From Octopus vulgaris (taxonomy: Eukaryota), in the NCBI GenBank assembly GCA_951406725.2, contig OX597830.1, positions 36,456,001 to 36,520,000 of the forward strand: 64,000 nt of DNA. The letters run 5' to 3'. This document shows positions 38,644-53,200 of this stretch, piece after piece. The notes under the pieces are model-generated. The model was not told the origin of the DNA, ran no database searches, and saw only the letters and a list, made by a program, of their open reading frames with translations. Within the stretch, counting starts at the first letter, position 1. Each line of letters starts with the position of its first letter. A program made the position numbers and the translations under genes.

Positions 38644-38811
38644 AATGAATGCAGTAGTTATACATGAGCTACTTCAAGTTTCATGATTGGCGAGATAGTG
38701 TGGTAATTGGACAAGCTTGCGAACTGTACTATGTACAAGCCTATCCAATTACTGCATTATCTTACCAAGCACAAAACTTGAAGTAGCTCACATATAATTC
38801 CTGCATTCATT
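38644..38811. repeat. ~168 bp imperfect palindrome (fold-back MITE-like)
   Basis: The arms aatgaatgcag...gagctacttcaagttt... are reverse complements with almost no spacer. Many mismatches are CA/TG pairs, as expected from CpG decay. Confidence 0.8.
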
Positions 38812-39289
38812 AAACACACACACACACACACACACACAAAGTCCACTCATCCATACAATACATAAAAATGCATGCACATTTAAAAAGCATCAAATTATAT
38901 ATATACACACATACACAAAATGGATAAATGACATAAAAACTTCAGAAAAAGATGTTAATTAAAAACAGGTTAACGTTTTTCAATTGATTTTATGGAATTC
39001 TTGATATTTAGAAATTGATATTTTTTTTTAACAGTTTCACCAGGAATAGTTCAATAAATATTGATAATGGTAAAGATGATAATCATGATGATAGCAATGA
39101 TGATGATGATGATGACTGTGAGGATTTCTTAGCTTGTCTCAGGTCATGTTGTTAGATGTAGGGATAGGCTATAGTCATCTGGATCAAGCTCGGTATATGA
39201 GAGATACTTATTCTCTCAACCATAGAGGAATGAACAGCAAAGTTAACCTTGGTAAGATTTGATCTGAGGTTAATAATAATAATAATAAT

Positions 39290-39934
39290 CCTTTCTACTA
39301 TAGGCACAAGGCCTCAGATTTTGGGGAAGGGGCCTAGTCGATTAGCTCGAACCCAGTATGCAACTGGTATTTAATTTATCGGTCCCCAAAAGGATGAAAG
39401 GCAAAGTCAACCTCGACGGAATTTGAACTCAGAACATGAAAACAGACAAAATACTGATAAGCATCTTGCCCGGTGTGCTAATGTTTCTGCCAGCTCGCCA
39501 CCTTAATAATAACAGTAATAATAATAATAATTGTCCAAAAATTTAACAAACTTAGTTGATTAAATTCCCGACCACCCAGAACTTGACTAGCAAATTATTT
39601 TATCAAACCCCAGTGGGGTTCCACAGGGTTTGAACTCACAATGTAAAAAGCTAGAACATCTAAAGCTTTAATGATTCTGCCATTCAACTTTCAGTAATAA
39701 CAATAATAATAATAATAATCCTTTCTACTATAGGCACAAGGCCTGCAATTTTGTGGGGAGGGGGACAATTGATCTCATTGACCCCAGTACTTGACTGGTA
39801 CTTAATTTATTGACCCCCAAAAGGATAAAAGTCAAAGTTGACTTTGGCTGAATTTGAACTCAGACGGTAGCAACAGACAAAATACTGCTAAGCAATTTTG
39901 CTCGGCATGCTAACAATTCTGCCAGCTCTCCACC

Positions 39935-39971
<37 letters not shown>

Positions 39972-42900
39972 TGATGATGATGATTTCAAACTTCTACCAC
40001 AAGGGCAACTTGGGGAGGGGATTAAGTCGACTACATCGACCCCAATGTGTAACTGCTACTTATTTAATCGACCCCGCAAAAGGATGAAAGGCAACATCGA
40101 CCTTGGCGGAATTTGAACTCAGAACGTAAAACCAGACGAAATACCACTAAGCATTTCACCCAGTGTGCTAATGATTCGGTCAGCTCTCCACCTTAACAAT
40201 AATAATAATAATTATTATTGTTATTTCTACAATAGACACAAAGCCTTCAAAATTTTGGGGGAAGGGGGATAGTCGATTACATCGTCCCCAGTTCATAACT
40301 GGTACTTATTTAATTGATCTTAAAAGGGTGAAAGGCAAAGTCAACCTCGGTGGAATTTGAACTCAGATGATAATGACAGACAAAATACCACTAAGCATTT
40401 CGCCCAGTGGGCTAACAACTCTGCTAGCTCTTTGCCTTAATAATAATTATTATTTCTACTCGAGGCACAAAGCCTTGAAAATTTTTTGGGAAGGAGCTAG
40501 TCAATTACATGAACCCCATTGCATAACTGGTACTCATTTTCGTCGCCCTAAAAGGATGACAAAGTTGACTCAGCAGAATTTGTACTCAGAACATAGAGGC
40601 AGACAAAATACCACAAAACATTTCGCCCAGCGTGCTAATGATTCTGCCAGCTGCCTTAATAACAATAATGATAATAATCCTATCTATTATAGGCACAAGG
40701 CCTGAGGGGTGTAAGTCAATTACATCGAACCCAATGCATAACTGGTACTTAAATGACCTCGAAAGGATGAAAGGCAAAGTTGACCTCGGTGGAATGTGAA
40801 CTCAGAATGTAGCAACGGGAGAATAATAATAGTAATCCTTTCTACTATAGACACAAAGTCTGAAATTGCTGGAAGGGGACTAGTCGATTACATCGACCCC
40901 AGTGTTTCACTGGTACTTAATTTATCGACCCCGAAAGGATGAAAGGCAACATCAACATTGACAGAATTTGAACTCAGAATGTAGCGATGCGCAAATAATA
41001 ATAATAATTCTTTCTACTATAAGCACAAGGCCTGAAATTTTGCGGGAGACAGGGCTAGTCAAATACATCAATCCCTATGCTCAGCTAGTGATTATTTTAT
41101 TGACCCCGAAGGGATGAACTGGAAAGTTGACCTCAGCCTAATTGTGCCTACCTAACTTTGATCATAGTGATTTCTTGCATATTCACAGGACCAGGAATTT
41201 TTGGGAGAGGGAACAGTCTCGTATTAAATCCAATACTTGACTGGCCCTTTACTTTAACAACAATCCCAGAAGGATGAAGGACAAAGTTGACCTTGGTGAA
41301 GTTTGAACTCAGAACAAATATTGCAACCATTTTTGTTTAAAGCTTGGCAAATTTTTCCATCTATCATCATCATCATAACTTGCTTATTCAGGCACAAGGC
41401 CATTAGTTCTGAGGAAAGCTGGTGGTAGTGGTGGGATTTATATATATATATGTTGGTGTGTCTGTGTTTGTCATCCCACCATTGCTTGAAAACCGATGTT
41501 GGTGTGTTTACGTCCCCTTAACTTAGTAGTTCAGCAAAAGAGATCAATAGAAGTAAGTACTAGGCTTACAATGAATAAGTCCTGGGGTCAATTTGTTCAA
41601 CTAAAGCATTTTGTTCACCATCCTATCGAATCTGTCAGGAAAAATGTTCTTGTGATTAGACACAAGATCAGAAATTTGGAGAGGTCTATTTCACTTGGCA
41701 TATTTCTGCTTTATATTACTGGTGAATATGAAGAAAAATTAGTTTTACAGGATTTGATCTCAGAACATTATTAAATACTTCTGTCCAACACTACCACAAT
41801 AATAATAATAATAATAATGGTTTCACATTTTAGCACAGGGCCAACAGTTTTTGAAGGGAGGGGGGAATTTGATCACATTGACCCCAGTACTTGACTGGTT
41901 TTATCTACTCTGAAAGGATGACAATCAAAGTCAACCTCAGAAGAATTTGAGCTCCGAACGTAAAGACAGTTGGAATGCCACTAAGCATTTTATCAAGCCT
42001 GCTAATGGTTCTGCTAGCTCAGTGCAGAATTACCATTTCAAATTTTGGCACAAGGCCAGCAATTTCAGAAGAGGGGCTAAGTTGATTACATTGACCCCCA
42101 GCGTTCAACTGGTACTAATTTTATCAACCCCAAAAAGATGAAAGGCAGAGTTAAACCTCAGTGGAATTCAAACTCAGAACTTAAAGAAGGATGAAATGCA
42201 GCTCAGCAGTTTACCCGATTCCCTAATGATTCTATTAAGAACTTCTAACTTTGGTCCAACACTGCAATAAGTATTGTTGATTAAATTGCTATCATTACTT
42301 GATTACATCAATCCCTTAAGGATAAAGAGCAAAGCTGGCCCGTGCAGGAACTGAAATTGTAACTATAATGTAATACCACAAGACATTTATTCCAATGCTC
42401 TACTGATTCTGTCTATCAACAGCTCTCAGTAACAATAATATTTCACCTAGTAATAATCATACCTCAAGTAACTTTCAATGGCTTATGTGCAGTATCAATC
42501 GTAAAAATCCTATCTACTTTAGGCACGAGGTCGACAATTTTGGAGGAGGGGGCTGGTCAGTTACAAAGACCACAGTGCTCAACTGGTACTTGCTTTATTG
42601 ATCCCCAAAAGGGATGAAAGCCAAAGCCCACCATGGTAGGATTTGAACTCAGAATGCAAAGAGCTGGAATTAATGTAATAAGGCATTTTGTCTGACACTG
42701 TGAAGATTTTTGAGTTTGCTAATCCACTACCCATGTATTTTCTCCTTTTTTTTTTTATTATTATTAAGCACTTGTGTGGCACCACTCATACTGGTTCCAC
42801 ATAGAAAGTACCCAGTTCACTGGGTGTAATGTGGCTGGCATTAGGAAGGGCATCTGGCTGTAGAAACCATGCCAAAACAGAGAATTGGAACCTGGGAATC

Positions 42901-43440
42901 CCCCCAAGCTGGCCAGCTCGTCAAACCATCCAATCCATGCCAGCATAGAAAACAGACATTAAAGGATGATGATGATGATGAATTATAATAACAAACATTT
43001 AACAATGGAACAAAGTCAAACATTTGGGAGAGAGGGAGTCGGTCAATTATACTAACTCAAGTTCTTGACTGGTAGGATTTCTAGGTTTCCCTTACCATCT
43101 CCCCAAAGGATAAAAGCAAAGCTCAGCCCTAACGAGATTTAAAATCAGTCCTTAAAAACACAGACTCAAACACTGCATGTTGATCTTAGCAAGTTTTGAT
43201 CAACGTACAATTTAGCATTGAATATTAGTTTCAAATTTTGACACAGGGCTAGCAATTTCAGGGGAGGGGTAAGTCAATGACACTGATCCCAGTGCTCAAC
43301 TGGTATTCATTTTATTAACCCCAAAGGGATGAAAGGCAAAGTCTAACTAGACAGAACATGAACAGAGAATGTAAAACTGGACGAAATGCTGTTATGCATT
43401 TCGCCTGGCATGTTGAATATTCTACCATTTCACTGCCTTC
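39290..43440 (-). mobile_element. Head-to-tail array of ~15 SINE family A copies separated by (AAT)n
   Basis: Repeating taataataat-cctttctactataggcacaaggcc...cagctcgccacc-ttaataataat. Further co-oriented copies at 45350-45720, 48640-49315 and 51650-52020. Confidence 0.9.
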
Positions 43441-44519
43441 ATTTAGAATTAAATATTGTAAGATATTAATGTTGGTATTTTACCATTTCCAGTACAACAT
43501 AACAAAAGTAATTTCTAAATCTGGCATAAGGACATATATTGTGTGATGAGGATAAAAACCAATTAAAGCAATCCCAGTAGCTGACAGGTATAACTGACCC
43601 TTTGTCGGTTATATCAAGGGTCACAGTTGGTGCAGTCAATGGAACAGTCTGCTCATGAAATTAATGTTCAAGTGGCCGAGTACTCCACAAATATGCATAC
43701 TGTTAACATAGTTCTCAGAGAGGTTCAGTATGGCACAATGCAACAAGGCTGGTGCACTGAATTACAGGCACAACTAATTTTTACCAGCTGAGTGGATTGG
43801 AGCAATGTGAAATAAAGTGTCTTGCTTAAGAACACAATGCACTACCAGAAATTACAAACTCACAACCTTACAACCATGAGACAGACACCCTAACCACTAA
43901 GCCATGCGCTAACATACCCTAATCACCAAACCATCACCGTCACACTTAGTCATATATTTTTATTAGCCCTCCACATAGAGCAAAAGTAAAGTTGACACAG
44001 ACAAGATCTGAACTTAGAATATTAAGGAACATAACTATAAAGAAACAATAAAACACTGAAGGGGATTTAAATATGAATGCAAACAATTTCTGGAAGCAGT
44101 AGACTGGCAGAATCATTAGAGCATTGGATAAAATATTTTATGGCATTTAATTATGGCTCTTCACATTCTGATTTCAAATCCCACCAGGATCAATTTTGTC
44201 TTTTATTCTTCCAGGGTTGAGAGAATAAAGTACCACACAAGTACATAAAGTAACTCCTTTTGCCAAAATTCCTGGACTTGTGTCTATGTAAGAAAACAAT
44301 ACAGATTTCTAAAATTGACCACAGTACGTTGAATTTTAGGACAAAGCACTGAGCATGACCAATTAAACTGACCCCAACAAGGATTTGAACTCAGAACATG
44401 GTTCTTCAGCTATAATCAGAAACCAAAATAAGGGTTTCTAAAATTAACAGAACACCTCAAATTTTGAGAAAAAGGATGTTTGGTTAAGCCGATCTCAGAG
44501 AACTTAAATGATATTTAGA

Positions 44520-44985
44520 AATAGAAAGAAGATTTGAGCGATACCGAATTATATACATTTGGAAAATGATAGAGCAAAAGGTGCCAAACTTTGGTATCAA
44601 AACCTACCACTCACTGCGCCACGGAAGATGCTGCCAGCTACCACCAATCAACAAAAAGGCTGGCCAGGCAGCAAAAACCCTGCGAGAATCAAGTCTGTTG
44701 GTTCGAGGAGCACAACTATTCAACTCCATTCCGGTACATGTCAGAAATCTATCAGGATGCAGTGTGGAATCATTCAAATTGCAGCTGGATAGATACTTAA
44801 CACCATTAGAGATGAACCCCATCTCCCAGGATATACACAACGAGCACAAACTGACTCAAACTCGCTCCTACACATGTCAAAATTAAACAGAGAATACAAC
44901 CTGGCAACCACACCAGACTCTGAGGGTGGAGTCTTCGACTTGGCCTGAGCATGGACTCAAACTCAAATGAAATGAAATGAAATAT
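44520..44985 (+). mobile_element. CR1/L2-group LINE 3' end
   Basis: ERRFERYRIIYIWKMIEQKVPN...RGAQLFNSIP..VRNL.GCSVESFKLQLDRYL, followed by a short tandem tail (aaactc/aaatg). Confidence 0.8.
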
Positions 44986-45320
44986 TTAGTTTATCAAAAA
45001 ATAAATACTGATGGGTTAGCAGTTTCTTTTTGGTTCTGTGATCTACTTCAGAGGAAACCTATAGATTTTGGCCAACATTGCATGTGTATGTCAGTTGAAT
45101 TTGATAAACATCAAACAATCCTAAATGACTGGGTTTTTTTTTTCTTATGCAATCTCATCAGTACAGAAGAAAAAGGGACCAAATCAAAAGAAAACAGCAA
45201 AAACCAAAAATGTTGACACACCCCCATCTGTTAAGATTTGAACTCACAACCTAAAGAGTCATAACTAAGTAGCAAAGAAATTTTATCCAGTACTCTACTA
45301 ATTCTACTTTCCACCCATTC

Positions 45321-45352
<32 letters not shown>

Positions 45353-45790
45353 CCTTACTATAGGTACAAGGCCTGAAATTTTGGGACTGAGGGGACTAGT
45401 CGGATATATTGACCCCAGGGTTTCACTGATACTTAATTTATCAACCCCAAAAGGATGAAAGGCAAAGTCAACCTTGGTGGAATTTGAATTTAGATGGGTG
45501 AAACACTGCTAAGCATTTGTCCAGCTTACTAATGATTCAGCCAGCTCATCGCCTTCATAATAATAATAATACTCTCTAACACAGAATAAGCATTACACTC
45601 AGAGGTAGCTGATTGTATCGACCCCCACTTCCCCCACTACTTGATTGGTACTTTATAAGACTAACCCCTAGAAAATAGAAAGGCAAAGGTGACCTTGGCG
45701 TGATCTGAACTCAGAATATGAAGGTCCATAACACTTTTGAAATAAGTACCAGGCCAAATTTTGGAGAGAGAGGATAACACATTAAATTGT

Positions 45791-45840
<50 letters not shown>

Positions 45841-46783
45841 TATGTTATATATCCCAAACCAAAGGATAAAAATGCAAATTTGGTATTAGCGAGAACTGAA
45901 CTCAAAATACAGAGGAAACCCCAAAAATACAGTATTAACCTGTTTCCAGCTGTGCCCTGGTAAACTTTAGAACAAGTAGACATTAAAGTTAGTATTGGTT
46001 TTTTTAAGAAATCTAAAAGGGTTTTGGGGTTTATTTATTCATTTATTCAATCTTAATAATGAAACAAGACTTTTATGAATAGATTTATAATACTATTCAG
46101 ACTTTTTAACCTCAACTTTAGAGATGAACATTATTTTTTTCTTTTCTTTTTTTTTTCCTTAAATATTTACAATGCCATTTCAATTTACTTGATCTTGGTC
46201 ATCATCAGAAATAATATTTCTGGATATGGACATAGTTTCCACACTGGATGTGTAGCGGCCTAGTGGATAAGACTGTTGTAGTGCTTTGTTCAGAACTACA
46301 AGGTACCTAGTTCCAATCTAGCCTGGTACTATGTACACATATAACCCTATAGCAACCATAGCATTTGATGACAGCCAGGGATCAAACTGATTGAAACTTA
46401 GTACAAATGTAAGTATTGTTGAAAAAAAAAAAATAATGTTTATCCCTCAAGATGAATTTCATCTGAATCACTGAAATGAGGAGTTATCAATATTAATCGT
46501 TAATATATTCAGATGAGTGTCCTCGTTTAATTGTTATAATAATCACAATGTTAGCATTGTTGTATTCTCCAAACTTTTATCTATTATATTTGGTAATATT
46601 CCTGGAATTTCAAGTCAAACCTTTTAATAAATCCACAAGGAAGGGGGCAGGTAGAATCATTCTCATTCCATTGTCCACACCAAGGATAATCACCCAGCCA
46701 CTTGCTCATAGCACGCCTGGAGAAATAAGTGTCAATTGTAGCAGTTTACCTGGAGAACATGAGTTCAATTCCTGGGTCAGTCG

Positions 46784-46858
<75 letters not shown>

Positions 46859-47228
46859 CACTCTGGGTCAAAAAGAATGAGCAAATAACACCACAAATCA
46901 CAAGTAGAACAACTTTAAGAGAATGACCCTAGGTATGGATAGTACAATGAGGACACTCTATTCCTGTGGATTTAATAAAGAGTAGATCCAAAATAACTGA
47001 GAATAGCTGAATACAATGATTAGATCCATGAAGATCCAGGAAATAAGTTGGAGGGGTGCAATCACTGAAATATGATTAACAAATATGTCAAGGACACCGG
47101 TCTGACTATATCAATGTATAATCACTGCAAAAATGAGATTAACAGTTCAGGAAATTATAATCACTTAACAATAACTCCTCTCAGACAATTAGACATTAAA
47201 AGACTTGTGTATGATATATGTGTGTGCA

Positions 47229-47279
<51 letters not shown>

Positions 47280-50200
47280 GTTCCTTTTTTTCTTTGTGAA
47301 GTTAAGTTAATGATGTTAAAAGAAGGATCACAAGGCCGCTGGAAATCAATTAGCTGGGCCTATGCACCGATTACTCATTAACTCACATCTACATCAAAAG
47401 ATGATTGGTTAGTTAAAAAAAAAAAACAGAAAAAAATCAATACATCAGGAACAAAAGGACCTGACATTTTTGTTTTGTTTTCAGTTTCTTTTTTTTTTTT
47501 TTTGTGTGTTTTGTGATTTTTTTTTTAAATATAATTTAAATAAGGTGGAGATGGACAATATATCAACTGCCATTTGTTATGCTTTTCTTTTCTTTTTTTT
47601 TCGTTTTTTGTTTTAGTCAATTTTGAAAAGTGAAATTTTCACCTTAATGAGAAAAAAAAATATATATTCACAATGTTGGTAGGGAGGTGTTGAAAAAAAA
47701 AAATCTTTTTTTTTTTAAATTGAGACAAAACTCAAAAATTGTTAGTTGAAAAAAAAAATTAAAACAAAAAAAAATCACTTGAATATGAAAAAATAACAAC
47801 TAAAGCAACAGCAGCAGCAGCAGTAGCAGAAACAACAATATCAACAACATAATACATAGAAAACTCTTATAATAATAATAATGATAATAATAATAATAAT
47901 GATTTCTTCACATTGGTATAGGAACCAGAAATCTGTCGAGGGAGGGGGTATGTATACATGTGTGTGTGTGTGTGTTCAATCATTCATATTGATCTCAGTA
48001 CATGCCTGATAAAAAGATTTTTGTTGACTCCACCGATAGGATTTGAACTCAGAACACAGAATGATGAAACTTAATGTCCTTTGGCAGTTGAGTAAAGTGA
48101 GCTGCTATTTCTAGCACACTTCACTGCATTAAGGAGTGAGTGTACATAAAATATACATACATATGAATCCTCTTAAATCAGTTTTTATCATTATTTTAAT
48201 AGTAACCCACTGGCATGATACACGTTTGGTGAGGAGGTGACTTCTGGAGATGCTGAGGGATGAAAAACGAGACCCATCAAAGGGCAGAGTAACTAGGGTG
48301 AGTCAACGGCCATCCAATACAGTCAAGGGAAGATGGTGCTCACCATTCGTAATGAAGACCATCCATCTAGGAGAAAAACATCTCTGAAATAGAAACTGTT
48401 CAGCAAGGATTTGCAACCAGCTGAAATAAATTTTACTGTGCAAAATAATGACATGAAAATGTTACAGTTCCGTCTACAGGTGTCTAAATGATCGCAGAGC
48501 AAGGTGAGATGAAGTGGTTTACTCAAGAACACAATGCACCACCAGGTCTAGGGATTGAAACCACAATCTCACAATCGTGAGTGAAACACCCTACCCACTA
48601 GAACACACCTTCTCACTGATGATGGTAATAATAATAATAAACTTTTCTGTCATAGGCACAAGGGTCTGAAATTTTGGGGGTGGGTTAAGTCGATTACATT
48701 GACCCCAGTGCACATCTGGTACTTTTTACATCAACCCCAAAAGGATGAAAGGCAAAGTCAACCTTGGTGGCATTTGAACTCGGAGCATAAGGCCAGAAGA
48801 TGTGATGCTAGGTGTTTTGTTTGGCATAATAATAATACTGCCAGCTTGCTACCTTAATAATAATAATAATCCTTTCTACTATAGGCACAAGGCCTGAAAT
48901 TTGTGGGGAAGGGGGATAGTCAATTATATCGACCCCAGTACTTGACTGGTACTTAATATATCAATCCTGAAAGGATAAAAATCAAAGTCGACCTCGGCGG
49001 AATTTGAACTCAGAATGAAACGATGGGTGAAATACCGTTAAGCATTTTGTCCAGCATGCTAATGATTCTGCCAACTTGCTACCTTAATAATAATAATAAG
49101 TGCTTTCCACTAGAGGCACAAGACCTGAAATTTTGGGGGCAGGGTAAGTTGATTACATCAACCCCCAGTGTTCAACTGGTACTTCTTTCATCAACCCTGA
49201 AAGGACAAAAGGTAAAGTTGACCTTGGTGGAATTTGAATTCAGAATGTAAAGTCAGATGAAATGCAGCTAAGTATTTAGTCCAGCATGCAAACAATTTTG
49301 CCAGTTGACTGCCTTAATAATAATTTTTTACATTGGGACAAAGGCCACACATTTGAAGAGGAAAACAGAGTTTAGTACTCTTGATGTCATTAGAGGCAAC
49401 TGGTGAACACATTTAGTGTATATTTTAATAGCCACACCCTACAGGGATGAAAGACAAAATCTAACCCTGCAAGGTTATGAATGCAGAACAGTCAGACACA
49501 AGGAAATACTGCAATCCATTCTGCCCATCACTGCCGTTTCAGGCACCTCATTTTATCTACATGAATTAATAAAGCCGAGTGAAAATATTTGCAAACTAAA
49601 AACTGAAAATTTAATTAGTTTATTAAATACTTAATTTAATTTATTTTGAGAATTGTGTTAATGCAGGCAAGCTGGCTGAATTGTTAGAATGTAAGAAAAA
49701 AAAAAAAAAAAAATAATAATAATAATAAAGTTATTGTGCATCCTCCATACACGTAACATACACTGGGGGAGTTTTAACATGGTCATTTGATTGGCTACAA
49801 GACAACAGCAGCTAAATCTTCCTCAATTTACACATTCCCATTTTAAGAAAAAGGATTATGTTGGATAACGTAATCAGTCCTTTGTACTCCTAAAAAAACA
49901 ATCGGTTGGTCATTGCTGGAATGCCTTTGATCATAGATCTATTCATAGAGAATAGAACACGGTGCCTGCCATATTATAAGCCACTGCACATCAGAGAGTG
50001 TGCAGTATGGTCCTCAGCTAGGCAGAAGCATGGATATCTGGAACAATGAAATTGCAGGACATAGTTCATTGGTCAGTCAAAGCTAACTTGGGACCACACA
50101 ACAACAACAACAAAACAAAAACAGCTATTTAAAACCCTAGGTTCTGAGTTCATATCACAGTGTTATGGGGTCAGTCCACTTTAGTTTTCCTTCCCTATCA

Positions 50201-53200
50201 GGCATGAGTGGAGATGGGAAAAAAAAAAAATTAGCACAATTATAATAATAAACTGGAGTTAATTCAAACCGATTATGCTCATTCTTCCTCTCTCTCTCTG
50301 TCTTGTATAAAAACTGGCGCAGTTTCTCTTAGATGAGATGCCAATAACTGAATGAATTGAGCTTAATGACTCGTAATTTTATAGCACCAAATGATAGAGA
50401 GGTAATTCAAGGAATCATCAAAATATCTCCAGATACAGAAAAAAAGGAGAAATAAAACAAAAAAAAACCATTCTATTGCAGGAAGATGATGAAGAGAATG
50501 AATTTATAACATATAGCACTGCAGAGGAAACACCTTATGCCTTGGGAAAAACAAAAAAAACAAAAAACAAAAAACAAATATTTAATAAAAGGCATGAATA
50601 AATGTCATAACTTCACACCTCTAGAACTAAAACAACTCAAGTTTCATGCCCGAAGGAGAAAACTAGACAGGTGGAAGTTCATGTTTTGTATACAATAATA
50701 GCAGCAGCAACAAAAAAAAAAAAAAAAAAATCAACAGTCATAAATATGAAGCCCTTTTTTTTTTTCCTTTTTGAAACCTGCATTTACGGTTTCCGAAGAC
50801 AGTGGATGATGTGTACAACCTTAGAATATCAATTGAGAAGGAGGAGGAAGAGGAAAGAGACAGAGGAAGGAGATGGGAATCGAAAGTCACGGAGGTGGAG
50901 AACAGGAGTGGAAGACAACAGTAGTAGTGGGAGACAGAGACAGAAGCAGGGGTGAAAAAATAGATGGAGGAGTGGGAGAAAGAGAGAGGTGAGGAAAAAT
51001 ATGGTGACAGGAGCCGGGGATGCAAAGGAGAGAGGTAGGACATGGTTGTAAATGCAGGACACAGGAAGTAGATGTCATACAGTGGTAAGAGACAGGAAGT
51101 AGCAGTGAGAAGAAAGACATAAAGGCAAAAGACAAGAAGGAGAGGTAGGAGGTACAAACAGCAGAAGGAGGCAGAGGGATAATGGTGGAGTGCAAAAAAA
51201 AATAAAAGTGGAAGGCAAATACAAAAATGAGACAGATGAAAGACATAGGATGAAAGAAGCACAAATATATCTTGTGTCTTGGGAAGGTCATCACACTAAT
51301 AATAACACATGCACTGGTTCAATATCACTTCATTTTTGTTAGTCAATTGTTTGTTATTATTAACAACAGTGGCGCAACAATCTTCCCAAGACACAAGAAG
51401 ATTTGTTTCAGCATAGGAATTCACATCAAGAATCTTGCAAACCAAATACAGAAACAAAGCACAAATACAGGTTGGATAAAAAAAAAAAGAAAAAAAAAAG
51501 CATGTGATGGGAGGACATTTGAAATGTTATTTTGTATTTTTGTATTTTCTTTCTTTTTGCCCCCTGTTGAAGAGGGTACAGTGATAGTAGGAGGGGCAAG
51601 AAAGAAATAAAAGCTACTTGGTGTACTAATTTAAAAAAAAAATAATTCTTTCTAACACAATCACAAGGCCTGAAATTTCAGGGACAGGGATGATGGGGGG
51701 GTGGGGAAGGTTAGCTAATTATATCGATTCCAGTACTCGACTGGTATGTATTTATTTCATCAACACCGAAAGCATAGAAAAGCAAAGTCGACTTTGGTGG
51801 AATTTGTTCTCAGAGTGTAAAAACCCAAAAACGAATGCCATTAAGCAATTTTGTCAGGTGTGCTAAATGGTTCTACCTGCAAACTGATATAATGGTTTCA
51901 AATTTTGGTACAAGGCCAGCAAATTTCGGAAGTCGATTGTATTGACCTCAGCGACAAACTGGTGCTTATTTCATCAATCCTGAAAGGATGAAGGGGCAAA
52001 GCTGACCTCAGTGAAAATGAAGCGTGAACTCGTTAAGCATGTAACGATTTGAGTGTCTGATTCTCTGGCACAAAATTTAATACAATGCATGGAGCAGAAT
52101 ATGAACGTCTAGCCTGTCAACCTCCAAGAAAATGGTTCCATATCGAACTTGGTTATTGTTGTTTTGCAAAGTGAAAAATATAAGAATTTCATTGTATTAG
52201 TTGGGGGAGGGTTAGATTTGAAAAAAAAAAAAAAAAATGAATAGAAAAGAAAAAGAAAGGCATTGAAGGCAGGATACTTGATTCGATATTTTTGTGCAGT
52301 GTATAACCGGTACTTTAACACACTTCAATTTCTGAGAAACATCATAGTCATCTTCATCATTTGTCCATTGTCCATGCTGGCATGGGTTGGACAGAACAAA
52401 AAAAGAAAAAAAAAAAGAGTGACCCACCCCTACATACATATCTCTATTATTGAGATTTGAACTTCAGGCAGCAAAATACCAAAATGAGGGAACCTCCAAG
52501 TGGTAGCTTTATCAGCTAGAAATAGCAGCCAAATCTCCTTAAAATCACATCTAACCTCATTAAAAAAAAAAAGGATATACAGTGCATTTAGAACTACATT
52601 ATCCTGTGTTGGATATTAAGACAGATGGTCATGGCTGGAATGCTTTTTATTACTGGTCTGTTCAATTGAGGATGATCTGGGGGCTAAACAACTGAAACTG
52701 CTCATTTACCCATCACAGATTTAAAATATAAAAATTGCAACAAAAAAAAAAAAGAAAAAGAAAAAACAGAAAAATCAAAGCGCCAGCTATAGACACACAA
52801 TATGAACTGTACAATAACTTCAGTATATTATCCCCAAGTTCTTTATCCTTATCATCATCATTAAATTTGCTTCTGAACAAAGTCATTCAACTGATTGACA
52901 TGGAACCACTCAAACATATTTCAGCCCCTGGCACTCCAGAAATGTAGTCTCCTCTCTCTACTTTTTCTACCACTATTATATATGTCTTTTGTTCTTCAGA
53001 CATAGCTGGTATTGTGGTACCACATCCACTAAAGCATTTCCAATTTGTTCATCTTCATCTCTCCTCCTCTCATAACCCTATGCCGTACCCAACATATCCT
53101 TAGCCCTGTACTAACTCCTATCCCCAATCTTTCTTTGGCAATTCTCTCCCTGCAAATGTTTCTCCAGCAAGTGACATCATGCAACAGTTTGAACAGAACA

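Noticed and set aside
50671-51294. 174-aa and 135-aa ORFs
   Set aside because: Purine-rich low-complexity tract; biased composition explains the open frames.
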